Positions 9,478-20,940 of a DNA stretch of 64,000 nt are shown here, in pieces. The position numbers were made by a program, and so were the translations under genes. The stretch comes from an uncultured Actinomycetes bacterium (GTDB lineage: Bacteria > Actinomycetota > UBA4738 > JBBDTT01), in assembly GCA_963742735.1 (NCBI GenBank), contig CAVUMN010000004.1, positions 320,001 through 384,000 on the forward strand, given 5' to 3'. The notes beneath the pieces are model-generated. The model saw only the letters and a program-made list of their open reading frames with translations, made no database searches and had not been told where the DNA came from. How positions within the stretch are numbered: the first letter of the stretch is position 1; the number at the start of each line of letters is the position of its first letter.

Positions 9478-10609
9478 GCGCGAACGGTACCCGATTCGAG
9501 TCGCAGGAAAGCCTCCTCGAGAACCAGCCGCGGGTTGAGGTTCGTCTCGTCGGCGAGGGCGGCCCGCGCCTCCTCGATGGCCTCCATCGCCCGGGCGAGG
9601 CCGGCCGGGGTGGCGGTCCGCGCGTGGGACGCCACGTCGTCGGCCAGGTCGACGTTGACGAGCCCGTCGGCGTCAACCCCCGACAGCGAGGCCAGGACGT
9701 CGCGGTGCCACGCCTGCAGGGCGAGCAGCGACCAATCGAGGAACTCCCGCTCGGCCCGGCGGTCCCGCCGGTGGTACTTCTCCTGCACCCGCTTCACGAT
9801 CGTGGCGTAGGCGGGGTCGGGACGGCCGGTGGACGGGTCGAGCATCGGCTCGAGCTCCGCCTCGAGCTCCTCCTTCAGCTCCTTGCGGTAGGCGGCCGTC
9901 CCGGCCAGGAGGGTCTCGGCGGCCACCAGCGGTCCCCCGCCGTCCGACCTCGACTCCAGCACGGCCTGAAGCGCCCCGGCTCGGAAGGCGAGCCCGCCCC
10001 GGTCGCGGGCGAGACGGCGGGCCCGGCCCATGTTCGAGCCGGCGAGGCGCGCGGACAGCAGCGCCCGCTCACGCGAGACGCCCTCCTTCACCAGCGCGTC
10101 CACGACGAACGCCTCGGGGAGCGGGTGGAACGTGACCGTGTGGCACCGCGAACGGATGGTCTCGGGGAGCTCCTCCGGCCGTGCCGACAGCAGCATGAGG
10201 ACCGTGTCGAGCGGCGGCTCCTCGAGGACCTTCAGCAGGACGTCCGCGGCGGCCGGGTTCAGCCGGTCGGCCTCCCGGATCACGAAGACCTTCCGGCCCG
10301 GCTCGGGGGCGGTCCGCGACGCGGGCGTCCACACGCCGTCGCGGATGGCGTCGACGCGGATGTCGCGGCCCTCGGGCTCGATCACGCTGACGTTGGGATG
10401 CCGCTCCTCGAGGGCCAGGCGGCACGCCCGGCACTCGCCGCAGCCGCCGTTCTCGCACAGCAGCGCGGCCACGAAGGCGCGGGCCGCGAGCTGCTTGCCC
10501 GACCCCTCGGGCCCGGCGAACAGGTAGGCGTGGTGCGGGCGGGCCGCGGCGCGGCCAGGAACCCGATCGCCTCGTCCTGGGACGGGACGGCCTCCAGGAC
10601 GGCGCTCAC
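9474..10609 (-). CDS. holB: DNA polymerase III subunit delta' (frameshift near 10545)
   Basis: HAYLFAGPEGSGK, Zn cluster CENGGCGECRAC, LLKVLEEPP, TIRSRC; downstream of tmk. Confidence 0.92.
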
Positions 10610-12607
10610 GTCGGGCGCCCCTCGGCCTCGGCCGCGCGCTGCTCGAGGAACGGGCGGAGCGCCTCTCGCACGCGATCCTGGACGACCTCCGGGGGCGCGT
10701 CGGCGTCGACGATCGCGAACCGCTCCGGGTGCTCCTCGGCCAGGTGGAGGTACGCGTCGGCGACCTTCGCGTGGAACTCCTCGTCCTCGGACTCGAACCG
10801 GTCGGCCTTGGGCGAGCTTGCGCGACAGCCCGACCTCGGGCTCCAGGTGGAGCAGGACGACCAGGTCCGGGAACAGGCCCTGGGTGGCCCACGCGTTCAG
10901 CTGCAGAACGTCGGCCTCGCCGAGGCCCCGGGCCACTCCCTGGTATGCGAGCGAGGAATCAACGTAGCGGTCGCACAGCACCACCTGGCCCTCGGTCAGC
11001 GCGGGACGGATCACGCTGACCACGTGCTGGGCCCGGCTCGCGGCGAACACCAGCGCCTCGGCCCGGGCGTCGACGACCGGGTGGTCCTTCGAGAGGACCG
11101 CGTTGCGGAGCAGCTCTCCCAGGTCGGTTCCCCCCGGCTCGCGGGTCACCAGGACCGAGTGTCCCTCGTCCTCGAGCCACTCCTTGGCCAGCCGGATCTG
11201 GGTGCCCTTGCCGGCACCCTCGACGCCCTCGAACGCGATGAAGATCCCCTTCTCCGGAGCCTTGCGCAGACGCAGGTGCAGGTTCAGGGCGCGGGGCCGC
11301 GCGAGCCGGCTGCGCTTCAGGCCGCGCCGCGAGACGACGCCGGCGAGCAGGACGACCATGCCCCCGATGAGGAGCGCCACCTGGGTGCCCTCGACCTCGA
11401 CTCCGCTGAACGGAAGTTGACGATTGCCGACCACGGCGGACAGCAGTGGGAAGCCGGCCAACGACAGGAACAGCCCGAGCCGCGCGAGGGTGGTGAGGGT
11501 CCCGAACGTCCGGCCGCGGAACTCGTCAGAGATGTTCTCCTGCAGGATCGTGTAGCCGGTCACCCAGGTCATGCCGACGAACGCGCCGACGACACCCGTG
11601 ACCAGGGCGGCGAGCGCCACCGTCGGCATGAGCCCCAGGGCGATCCCCGCGCTCCCGGCGGCCACCATCGCCGCGGAGAACACGGTCTCCTTCTCGATGT
11701 ACTTGTTGACCAGCCCGAGACTGGCCATCCCCACGCCCATCCCCACGCCGAGCGACGTGACCAGCACGCCCCAGCTGGTCGGGCTGTCCAGGTGCTCGAT
11801 CGCGAAGATCGGACCGACCGAGATCACGGAGCCCGCCCCGGTGAACGCGATGACGATCCCCAGGAGCATCGCCCGGGCCAGCGCGTGGGCCCGCATGAAC
11901 TTGATGCCCTCGCGCAGGTCGGCGAACGCCTCACCGAACTTGAACGACTCGGGCCGCCCCTTGCCCGCGGGACGCAGGGTCAGCCGGCTGATCATGAACG
12001 CGGAGAAGAAGAACGTGAGGCCGTCGAGCCACAGCGCCAGGAACGCGGGATTCTCCTCGAACCGCCCGCCGATGGCTCCGGCCAGGGCGACCGAGGCCGT
12101 ATAGATGATGCCCCCGAGGGGCAGCGTCCCGTAGGTGAGCGCCAGGTTGATGGTGTTCGCGTTCTGGAGCTGCCGCTTGGGGACCATGTTCGGGAGGCTC
12201 GCGTCCTTCGCCGGCGTCCACAGCAGGCTGAAGCACTCGATGATGAAGGAGAGCAGGAAGATCATCCACAGCTCTCCGAGGAAGGGCATGGCCGCGTACA
12301 TCGCGCCGCGGGTGATGTCGGCCACCATCATCAGCCGCTTGCGGTCGTAGCGGTCCACCAGCACCCCCGCGAAGGGGCCGAACAGCACCGAGGGCAGCAG
12401 TCGCGCCGCCATCACGCCGGCCACCGCGAAGCCGGCGCCCTTCTGGGCGACGAGGGCGGCGACCGCGACGAACCCGACCCAGTCCCCCAGCGAGGAGATG
12501 AGCAGGGCCTTCCAGATCCGGGAGAACTGGGGATGGGCGAACAGGTCGCCCAGCCGCGCCGGCTTGCGCCCGCGCAGGGCCGCGATCTGGTCCGCGGTGC
12601 TCGCCAT
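10606..12607 (-). CDS. tmk: MFS-domain / thymidylate kinase fusion (frameshift near 10810)
   Basis: N-terminal multi-TM MFS (GVLVDRYDRKRLM); C-terminal FIAFEGVEGAGKGTQ, TREPGG, CDRYVDSSLAYQG. Confidence 0.92.
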
Positions 12608-12624
12608 GGAGGGTGATTATCCGG

Positions 12625-15081
12625 CTAATGGGCCGGGCTCGACCCGTTGCCTCCGGCGGCCGGCTTCGCGGCCGCCTTCTTGCGCGGCGCGCGCTTGGCC
12701 GCGGCCTTCTTGGCCGGAGCCTTCTTCGCGGCGGCCTTCTTGCCGCCGGCGCGGGGCTTGGGGATCAGCTTCTCGGCCTCGTCCGCGGGAAGCTCCTGCC
12801 CCTCGGCGTCCCACGCGCGGGCGCATTTGATGCAGCGGATCGCCCCGCCCCGGGCCTCGACCCGCACCCCGCCACACTCGGGGCAGGGATCCTTCAGCGG
12901 CATCTGGTTGAGCGCGAAGTCGCAGTCGGGGTAGCGGTTACAGGAATAGAACATGCCGAACTTGCCCCGGCGCTGGACCAGCTCGCCCTGCTCGCACTTG
13001 GGGCAGGTGACGCCGGTGCCGACCTCCTGGCGCGCCTCCTTCTTGATGTACTTGCAGTCCGGGTAGCCGCTGCATCCGATGAACGGGCCGTACCGGCCCG
13101 TCCGCTGTTGCAGCCGGTTGACGCCGCACTCCGGGCAGATCTCGTCGAGGAGCTCGGGCTCGGGGCGGGCGGTCCCGTCGGGCTCGGCCGTGTACTTGCA
13201 CTCGGGGTAGTTCGAGCACGCCAGGAACCGGCCGTAGCGGCCGAGCTTCAGCTGGAGGGTTCCCGGCTCGCGGCCCTCCTCGGGACAGCGCGGACAGGTC
13301 ATCTCGGTATCGACCACGGGCGGCTTCATCTGGTCGCCGGCCTTCTCGAGGGCTCGCTCGAACGGGCCGAAGAACTCGTCGAGGACCTGGACCCATCCGA
13401 GCTTGCCCTCGGCGATGTCGTCGAGCTCCTCCTCCATGTGCGACGTGAACCCCACGTCGACCACGTCGGGGAAGTGCTCGATCAGCACGTCGGTGACCAC
13501 CTCGCCGATGTCCTCGGCGAAGAACCGCTTGTCCTCCAGCCGGACGTAGCCGCGGTCCTGGATCACCGAGACGATCGAGGCGTACGTCGAGGGGCGGCCG
13601 ATCCCGTTCTCCTCGAGCGCCTTGACCAGTGACGCCTCGGTGTAGCGCGGCGGCGGCTGCGTGAAGTGCTGCTCGGGCAGCAGGTCGAGCAGGCGAAGGA
13701 CCTGCTCGGCGGTGAGGGCGGGAAGCATCGACTCGGCGTCGTCGTCGGTGAGTGCGTCGTCGCGGCCCACGATGTAGACGCGCCGGAACCCATCGAACAG
13801 CAGCGTCTGGCCGGTGGCCCGAAGCAGGTAGTCGGGACCCTCCGTGGGGGGCTTCGCGGAGACGTCCACGCTCACCCGGTTGAAGCGAGCCTGCGCCATC
13901 TGCGACGCCATCGTGCGCTGCCAGATCAGGCGGTACAGCTTCTGCTGGTCCGGGGTGAGATGCGCGGACATCGCGTCGGGCGTGCGCGCGGCGCTCGTCG
14001 GGCGGATCGCCTCGTGCGCCTCCTGGGCGCCGCGCTGCTGCGTCTTGTAGCGGCGCGGCTGGGGCAGCGCGTACTCGGCCCCGAACTGCGAGCGGATGAG
14101 ACCGGTGATCTCCTCGAGCGCCGTCTCGGCGATGTTCACCGAGTCGGTGCGCATGTAAGTGATCAGGCCGACCGAGCCCTCTCCCGGCAGGTTGATGCCC
14201 TCGTACAGCTGCTGCGCGGTCCGCATGGCCTTCCGGGCCCCGAACCCGAGCTTGCGCGACGCCTCCTGCTGGAGGGTCGAGGTCCTGAACGGGGGCGACG
14301 GGTTGGTCTTGACCTCCTTCTCCCGCACCTCCTCGACGCGGTAGGCCGCGGCCCGGAGCCGCGCGACGTGGACGCCGGCCTCCTCCTGCGTCGACAGGAC
14401 CAGGCCCCGCTTGTCGGGACTCGCCGCGAGCTTCTCCTCGCCGACCTGGAACAGGCGCGCGACGAACGCCGACTCGTCCCCGTTGGGGGCCAGGCGCGCG
14501 TCGACCGACCAGTACTCGACCGGCTCGAACGCGCGGATCTCCCGCTCGCGCTCGACGATCAGGCGAACGGCCACCGACTGGACCCGGCCGGCGGAGAGCG
14601 CGCGGCGCAGGTTCTTCGACAGCAGCGGCGAGACCGTGTAGCCGACCAGCCGGTCGAGGATCCGCCGCGCCTGCTGGGCCTCGACAAGCCGAAGATCGAT
14701 CGTGCGCGGATGCTCGAACGCCTCGAGGATCGCGGCCTTCGTGATCTCGGTGAACGTCACCCGCGGCGTCGTGGCGGGGTCGGCCTTCAGGAGCTCGGCC
14801 ACGTGGAACGCGATGGCCTCGCCCTCGCGGTCGAAGTCGGTGGCGAGCACGAGGCCGTCGGACTTCTTGAACACGCTGCGCAGCTCGTTCACCACGGGCT
14901 GGGAGTCCTCGGGGACGACGTACTCCGGCTCGAAGTCGCGCTCGGTGTCCACGCCCATCCGGTCGGCTGGCAGGTCGCGGATGTGCCCGACCGAAGCCCG
15001 GACGGTGTAGTCCCCGCCCAGGTACTTCTCGAGCGTCTTCGCCTTCGTCGGCGACTCGACGACCACCAGTTGTTTGCCCAT
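12625..15081 (-). CDS. topA: DNA topoisomerase I (type IA)
   Basis: VESPTKAK, ATDFDREGE, SAGRVQS, ITYMRTDS, AHEAIRPT, GIGRPSTY; C4 zinc ribbons; Lys/Ala tail. Confidence 0.97.
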   Translation of the reverse strand: MGKQLVVVESPTKAKTLEKYLGGDYTVRASVGHIRDLPADRMGVDTERDFEPEYVVPEDSQPVVNELRSVFKKSDGLVLATDFDREGEAIAFHVAELLKADPATTPRVTFTEITKAAILEAFEHPRTIDLRLVEAQQARRILDRLVGYTVSPLLSKNLRRALSAGRVQSVAVRLIVEREREIRAFEPVEYWSVDARLAPNGDESAFVARLFQVGEEKLAASPDKRGLVLSTQEEAGVHVARLRAAAYRVEEVREKEVKTNPSPPFRTSTLQQEASRKLGFGARKAMRTAQQLYEGINLPGEGSVGLITYMRTDSVNIAETALEEITGLIRSQFGAEYALPQPRRYKTQQRGAQEAHEAIRPTSAARTPDAMSAHLTPDQQKLYRLIWQRTMASQMAQARFNRVSVDVSAKPPTEGPDYLLRATGQTLLFDGFRRVYIVGRDDALTDDDAESMLPALTAEQVLRLLDLLPEQHFTQPPPRYTEASLVKALEENGIGRPSTYASIVSVIQDRGYVRLEDKRFFAEDIGEVVTDVLIEHFPDVVDVGFTSHMEEELDDIAEGKLGWVQVLDEFFGPFERALEKAGDQMKPPVVDTEMTCPRCPEEGREPGTLQLKLGRYGRFLACSNYPECKYTAEPDGTARPEPELLDEICPECGVNRLQQRTGRYGPFIGCSGYPDCKYIKKEARQEVGTGVTCPKCEQGELVQRRGKFGMFYSCNRYPDCDFALNQMPLKDPCPECGGVRVEARGGAIRCIKCARAWDAEGQELPADEAEKLIPKPRAGGKKAAAKKAPAKKAAAKRAPRKKAAAKPAAGGNGSSPAH

Positions 15082-15085
15082 GTCG

Positions 15086-15763
15086 TCAGTCCAACGGTTC
15101 CGTATTCCCGTTTTCGGCCGCGACCGCCGCCCTCTTTCGCCGGCGCGAACGCACGACCTCGATCACTGGAGGGATGAGGGAGAGGCCGACCACGACCCCG
15201 ATGATCAGCAGGATGTAGCGCTCCAGATCGGGGATCGACTTGCCAAGAACATAGCCGAGCGTGGTGACACCGACCCCCCACAGCAGCGCGCCGATCAGGT
15301 TGAAGGACACGAACCGCCGGTAGTTCATGCCCGTCGCGCCGGCCACGATCGGGGCCAGCGTGCGCACGATCGGCACGAAGCGGGCGAGCACGATCGCGGT
15401 CCCGCCGCGGCGCTCGTAGAACTTCGTCGCGCGGTCAAGATGCTCGCGCTTGAAGAACCGGGAGCTCTCGCGGCGGTAGAGCGCGGGCCCCGCCCGGCGG
15501 CCGAACGCGTACCCCACGCTGTCCCCGGCGGCGGCCGCCACGAACACCAGCGGCAGCAGCGCGGCCATCGGGAGGTCGCCGTTCGCCGCGAAGATCCCCG
15601 CGGTGATGAGCAGGCTGTCGCCCGGCAGGAACAGCCCGATCAGGACCCCTGACTCCATGAACACGGCGGTCGTGATCCCGATGAGACCGAACGTCTGCAC
15701 CAGGAACTTGGGGTCGATCCAGTCGGTGAGCTTCGCCAGGACTCCGGCGAGGTCGGTGGTCAC
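15086..15763 (-). CDS. DedA/VTT-family membrane protein
   Basis: FMESGVLIGLFLPGDSLL and LARFVPIVRT motifs; GTG start 8 nt after a TACCAT -10. Confidence 0.9.
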   Translation of the reverse strand: MTTDLAGVLAKLTDWIDPKFLVQTFGLIGITTAVFMESGVLIGLFLPGDSLLITAGIFAANGDLPMAALLPLVFVAAAAGDSVGYAFGRRAGPALYRRESSRFFKREHLDRATKFYERRGGTAIVLARFVPIVRTLAPIVAGATGMNYRRFVSFNLIGALLWGVGVTTLGYVLGKSIPDLERYILLIIGVVVGLSLIPPVIEVVRSRRRKRAAVAAENGNTEPLD

Positions 15764-15809
15764 GGCCGCCGATGGTACGCCCCTCGTCAAGGGCGCCCGC
15801 CGGGATGAG

Positions 15810-16361
15810 CTACAGGCCGATCTCCGGCGCGACCTCCTGGAGGCCCTCGATCCCGAGGCCGATGAACTCCTCCAGGGGCACGCCGATGCCCTCCTCGACG
15901 GCGTTCACCTCGTCGCGATTGACGCCCGGCGCGAACGCCTTCTCCTTGAGCTTCTTGCGCACGCTGGAGACCTTCATCCCGGTGGCCTTCTCCGGCCGGA
16001 CCAGCGCCGCGGCGACCAGCAACCCGGCCAGCGCGTCCGCGTGGACGACGGCCTTGGACATCAGGTCGGTCCGGTACTCCTCGTACGCGTGGGCCAGGAC
16101 GCCGTTGACGATCGACTCGTCGACGCTCCGCTCGCGCAGCCAGCCGGCGGCCATCCGCGCGTGCTTGTCGGTGTCCTCGCCGCCGCCGGTGTGGTCCTGG
16201 TCCAGGTCGTGGAACAGCCCGGTCAGCGCCCACGTCGCCTCGTCCTCGCCGAAGTGACGGGCCAGCCGGCGCATCACGCCCTCGACGCTCACCAGGTGGC
16301 GGTACGTCGTGTCCTTCTCGGTCCGTTCCTTCGCGAACGCTCGCGCGGCGTCGATCTCCAT
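15810..16361 (-). CDS. HD-domain (HDIG-like) phosphohydrolase
   Basis: RHLVSVEGVM, GLFHDLD, LAH, ADALAG, KKLKEKAFA. Confidence 0.85.
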   Translation of the reverse strand: MEIDAARAFAKERTEKDTTYRHLVSVEGVMRRLARHFGEDEATWALTGLFHDLDQDHTGGGEDTDKHARMAAGWLRERSVDESIVNGVLAHAYEEYRTDLMSKAVVHADALAGLLVAAALVRPEKATGMKVSSVRKKLKEKAFAPGVNRDEVNAVEEGIGVPLEEFIGLGIEGLQEVAPEIGL

Positions 16362-16371
16362 CGGTGCTCCT

Positions 16372-18693
16372 TTAGTCCAGGTGATAGGGGACGCTGGTCA
16401 GGACGACGCGCTGCTCGAACAGCAGCTCCCGCTTGATGAACAGCGCCGTGTTGTTGTGCAGCAGGCCGTGCCACCACTTGTCGAGCACGAACTCGGGGAG
16501 GATCACGACGCAGAGGGTGTCGGGGTCGGCGGTCACCCGGCGGACCTCGCGCAGGACCGGTTCCGCCAGGTCGCGGAACGGCGCTTCCACGATGTCGAGC
16601 GGGATCTGGATGCCCGAGAGCGCCCAGGCCTCGGCGACCTTCTGGATCTCCTCCGGGTCCAGGGCGAAGTAGACCGCCCGCGTCTCGGCCGCCCGGAGCG
16701 ACATGGCGTAGTTCGCGGCCCGGATCGTGGCGTCGTGGACCGCGGAGACGAACACGAGGGTCTCCACGCGGTTGGGGATCAGGGCGCGCGCGTCCACGCC
16801 GACGGGCTCGCCCCGCAGCACCTGGACCGTCGCGTTCGACACGACGACGCCGGGCTCGCTTAGCAGGCGGAACTTGATCCGCGTCTGCGGCGTGCGCCGC
16901 AGGAGCGTGAGGATGACGCTGCGGGTCGAGACCATCTCCGGGATCACGACCGTGACGAAGTCGCTCGGGTCGCGTTCGATGCCGCGGAGGTAGTCGCGAA
17001 CGGTCCGCCCCGGATGACGACCCGTGAACGGGAGCACCTCGAGGTCGGGGGCCCCCTCGCCGGCCAGGGTGTGCCACCGCTCCTGCAGGTCGGCCGGCGT
17101 CCCCCGAGTGGGCAGGTAGACGAAATGGGGGTCCTCGGGCCGGAGCGATCGCACGTAGCCGAGGGCCTCCGCGGCCGCCGCGTCGAAGTCGGTGAGCACC
17201 AGCACGATGATGTTGCGGGCGGGCTGGCCGGGGACCACCGAGCCGGTGCGGAGCTGGCGTCCGACCCGGCCGTAGTGGTGCTCCACCAGGAGCATGGCCA
17301 CCACCATCACCGCCATCGCGACCATGACGATCCAGCCGCCGTGCGTGAACTTGGTGAGGACGACGACGACCAGGACGACGCCCGTGGCCACCGCCCCGAC
17401 CGCGTTGATGGCCAGGCTCCGCCGCCATCGCTTCGGGGCCTCGGTCCGGCCAAGTCGGAGCCAGCGCCGCACCATGCCGGACTGGGACAGGGTGAATGCG
17501 GTGAACACCCCGATCACGTAGAGCTGGATGAGCGCGGTCAGGTTCGCGTCGTAGGCCCAGATGAGCAGCCCGGCCAGGACCGACAGGACCAGGACGCCGT
17601 TGGAGAACACCAGGCGATCACCGCGGTTACGGAACTGGCTGGGCACGAACCGGTCGCGGGCCAGGATCGCGGAGAGCCGCGGGAAGTCCTGGTAGGCCGT
17701 GTTCGCAGCGAGCACCAGGATCAGCGCGGTGAACACCTGCAGCACGTAGAACATGACCGCGCCCTCGCCGTAGACGGTCTCGCCGATCTGGGCCAGAACG
17801 GACTTCGCGCCGTGCAGCTCCTCGCTGACGTGGACGTCGAACGAACGGGCCAGGAACGTGATGCCGAGGAACATCGAGATCGACATCGCGCCCATGATCC
17901 CCAGCGTCGCAGCCGCGTTCTTCGCCTGCGGCCGGCGGAAGGCCTGGACGCCGTCGGCGATCGCCTCGACGCCGGTCAGCGCCGTGGACCCCGAGGCGAA
18001 GGCCCGGGCGATGAGGAAGAGCGTCACGGGGCCGGCCGTCTCGAGATGCACGTTCGCGGAGGCCGCCTGCGGGCACCCGTTGAGGCAGTCGATGAAGCCG
18101 ACGATCAGCGTGACGAACACGGTCGCCACGAACCCGTACGTCGGGATGGCGAACAGCGCGCCGGCCTCCTTCGACCCTCGGAGGTTCGCCAGCATGACCA
18201 GCGCGAGGAGGCCCAGGGCGATCGGCACGCGCCTGCTCGCCAGGCCGGGCGCCGCGGAGACGATCGCCAGCGTCCCGGCCGTGGTGCTGACCGCCGCCGT
18301 CAGGACGTAGTCGGAGAGGATGGCCGCCGCCGCGATGAGGCCGGGGAACTTCCCGAGGTTCTCCCGGGCCACGATGTAGGACCCACCGCCCTGCGGATAG
18401 GCCCGCACCGTCTGGCGATACGAGGTGATCACGATCGCCAGCACCGCGGCGATCACGAACGAGATCGGCAGCATGTACGAGAACGCCACCGCGCCGGCCA
18501 CCGCCAGGACGAGCATCATCTCCTCGGTGGCGTAGGCGACCGAGGAGAGCGGGTCGGAGGAGAACACCGGCAGCGCCAGGACCTTCGGGAGCAGCGTGTG
18601 CTCGAGCTTGTGGCTGGCCATGGCCCGGCCGACGAAGATCCGTTTGATGATCTCGCCGACGCCGGCGCCTCGCTCGCGGGTATCCAGGGCCAT
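16372..18693 (-). CDS. APC-family K+ transporter (KimA/YdaO-like) with two C-terminal domains
   Basis: FSSDPLSSVAYATEE, SYRQTVRAYPQGGGSY, LTGVEAIADG, AANTAYQDFPRL, DRLVFSNG, WWHGLLHN, VPYHL. Confidence 0.9.
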   Translation of the reverse strand: MALDTRERGAGVGEIIKRIFVGRAMASHKLEHTLLPKVLALPVFSSDPLSSVAYATEEMMLVLAVAGAVAFSYMLPISFVIAAVLAIVITSYRQTVRAYPQGGGSYIVARENLGKFPGLIAAAAILSDYVLTAAVSTTAGTLAIVSAAPGLASRRVPIALGLLALVMLANLRGSKEAGALFAIPTYGFVATVFVTLIVGFIDCLNGCPQAASANVHLETAGPVTLFLIARAFASGSTALTGVEAIADGVQAFRRPQAKNAAATLGIMGAMSISMFLGITFLARSFDVHVSEELHGAKSVLAQIGETVYGEGAVMFYVLQVFTALILVLAANTAYQDFPRLSAILARDRFVPSQFRNRGDRLVFSNGVLVLSVLAGLLIWAYDANLTALIQLYVIGVFTAFTLSQSGMVRRWLRLGRTEAPKRWRRSLAINAVGAVATGVVLVVVVLTKFTHGGWIVMVAMAVMVVAMLLVEHHYGRVGRQLRTGSVVPGQPARNIIVLVLTDFDAAAAEALGYVRSLRPEDPHFVYLPTRGTPADLQERWHTLAGEGAPDLEVLPFTGRHPGRTVRDYLRGIERDPSDFVTVVIPEMVSTRSVILTLLRRTPQTRIKFRLLSEPGVVVSNATVQVLRGEPVGVDARALIPNRVETLVFVSAVHDATIRAANYAMSLRAAETRAVYFALDPEEIQKVAEAWALSGIQIPLDIVEAPFRDLAEPVLREVRRVTADPDTLCVVILPEFVLDKWWHGLLHNNTALFIKRELLFEQRVVLTSVPYHLD

Positions 18694-18705
18694 CGGCCCG
18701 CGATC

Positions 18706-19415
18706 CTATCCCCCGGCCGCACCCTCCACGGGGATGCCTCGGCCCACCGGTAGCCGACGCCGGGCTCGGTCAGGATCCGGCGGGGCCGCTGGGGCTCCGC
18801 CTCGAGCTTCTTCCTCAGCCCGGCGACGTAGACCCGGAGGTAGTGGCTCTCGTCCCCGTAGCCGGCTCCCCACACCCGCTGCAGGAGCCACCGATGGGTG
18901 AGCAGCTTGCCGGGGTTGCGTCACGAAGGCCTCCAGCAGCAGGTACTCGGTTGGCGGTGAGGTGCACATCCTCGCCGCCGCGGCGGACCAGCCGCTTGCC
19001 GAGGTCCACCTGGAGGTCCCCGAACGCCACGACGGGCTCGGCCATGTGCGGCGCGCCCGTGCGGCGGGACACGGCACGGATACGGGCGAGGACCTCCTCG
19101 ATCGCGAACGGCTTCGTGACGTAGTCGTCGGCGCCGGCGTCGAGCGCGGCGACCTTGTCGGCGTGGGCCTCGCGGACCGACAGCACGATGATCGGCACCT
19201 CGGACCAGGTCCGGATGCGCCGGGTGGCCTCGATGCCGTCGATGCCGGGAAGGCCGATGTCCATGATCACCAGGTCGGTCTCGCGGGTGGCAAGAGCTGT
19301 CCAGGCCCGTCTCGGCGTTGGGGGCCGTCTCCACCTCGTAGCCGCGCGCCTGCAGGCTGGTCCGCAGCGCGCGCAGGATCTGCGGTTCGTCGTCGACGAC
19401 CAGGACCCGGGTCAT
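18706..19415 (-). CDS. kdpE: KdpE-like OmpR-family response regulator (frameshifted)
   Basis: VLVVDDEPQILRAL, DIGLPGIDG, DKVAALDAGADDYVTKPF, VWGAGYGDESHYLRVYVAGLRKKLE..TEPGVGYR. Confidence 0.8.
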
Positions 19416-20840
19416 CCGGCGCCGGGCTCGGCGCGGGGCGAGCCTCCCGGGATCTCGAACACCATCGTCGTGCCCCCACCGGGCGTCTCCTCGATCCAGA
19501 TCCGGCCCCCGTGCACCGAGACGATCGCGCGGGCGATGGCCAGGCCGAGGCCGGTCCCGGTCGATGCGCCCTCGGCGTCGCCGCGCGCGAAGGCCTCGAA
19601 GACCCGGTCTCGCTGATCGGCCGGGATGCCCGGCCCCCGGTCGGCCACCCGGACCTGCACGCCGCCGTGCCACCGGGCGACCGTGACGTCGATGGGCCCC
19701 GCCGGAGGCGAGAACTTCACGGCGTTCTCGACGAGGTTCGACACGACCTGGTCCATCTGGACCGGGTCGGCCCACAGCTCCGGGAGCTCGTCGCGGACCT
19801 TGACGTTCACGGTCCGGCCGTTCAGGAGCGGGCGCAGATCCGGGCGACCACCGCGTCGACCAGCTCGCCGGCCTCCACCGGGACCTTGGCCGGCACCAGC
19901 GCCCCGGTCCGGATGCGCGACAGGTCGAGCAGGTTGGCGACCAGACGGTTCAGGCGGTCGGTCTCCTCCAGGATCGTCCGCAGCAGTTCTTGCTCGCTGC
20001 GCGTCGTCGAAGGCCACGGTCGCGTCGAGCAGGCTGGTCACCGACGCCTTGATCGATGCGAGGGGCGTCCGCAGGTCGTGGGTCACCGAGCCGAACAGCG
20101 CGGCCCGGACCTCGCTCGACTGCGCGTCCAGCTCCGCGCGGCGCGCGGCCTCGTCGATGCGCGCGGCCTCCATCACCAGGCCGAGTTGGCCGGCGAACGT
20201 CCGGAGCAACGACGGTGTCGTCCTCGGGAGGAAGCTCGCCGCGGGCCTCGAGCCTGCCGATGTCGCGGTCCCCGACACGCAGCGGCAGGACGAACGTCGG
20301 CTCCCACGGCCCGGTCTCGACCGCCGCCCGGGAGATGGGCGGGTCGTCGACCGTGATGCGCACATCCAGGAACTCGAACACCCGGGCGACGTCGACGACG
20401 GCGACCTCGATGATGCGCTCGGCCGCCTCGCGGGCCCGCAGCCTGGCCAGCAAGCCGTAGAGCACTCGCGCCTGCTCCTCGCGGCGCTCGGCGCGGCGGC
20501 GCTGGTCGACGCCCGGCCGACGAGCGCAACCCACCGGAACGAGGCTCCCAGGAAGACGAGCGAGGGCGACGACGTCCTCGCCGGACTCGACCCGGAGCGT
20601 GTGCAGCGGCGCGTGAACAGGTAGTTCAGGCCGACGAAGGACAGCGCCGACGCGAGCACCCCGGCCGCGATCCCCCCGACCCACGCGGCGGCGACGACGG
20701 CCAGCACGTACAGGAGCGCGGCGACCGTCGTCGTCGGCGTCGACCGCACGGCCGGCCAGCGACGCCAGGGCGGGGACGCCGGCCCCCGCCAGCAGCGTCA
20801 GCCACAGGGGCTGGCCGCGTCGCGGAGGCATCGGTCGCAT
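19412..20840 (-). CDS. KdpD-like sensor kinase (DUF4118-type TM + GAF-like + HisKA/HATPase) lacking the N-terminal KdpD/USP domains (frameshifted)
   Basis: LLYVLAVVAAAW..ASALSFVGLNYLF, SVTHDLRTPLASIK, NLVENAVKFS, GTGLGLAIA. Confidence 0.8.
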
Positions 20841-20890
20841 CGGATCCAGCTTGCGCCCGGCCTCCGGCGCCGACAACCCGGCGCATGCAC

Positions 20891-20940
20891 CTTTACGACA
20901 TCTTTGCGAGGCAGGCCCGGGCCTTGACGGGGCCCTGACG
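20891..20940 (+). promoter_or_regulatory. Four phased direct repeats, candidate KdpE (OmpR-type) boxes
   Basis: CTTTACG 20891, CTTTGCG 20902, CTTGACG 20923, CCTGACG 20934 (offsets 11, 21, 11 bp) in the divergent intergenic region. Confidence 0.65.

Noticed and set aside
9474-12607. Programmed frameshifting or pseudogenisation of holB and tmk
   Set aside because: No slippery heptamer seen; part of wider indel clusters that fit sequencing error
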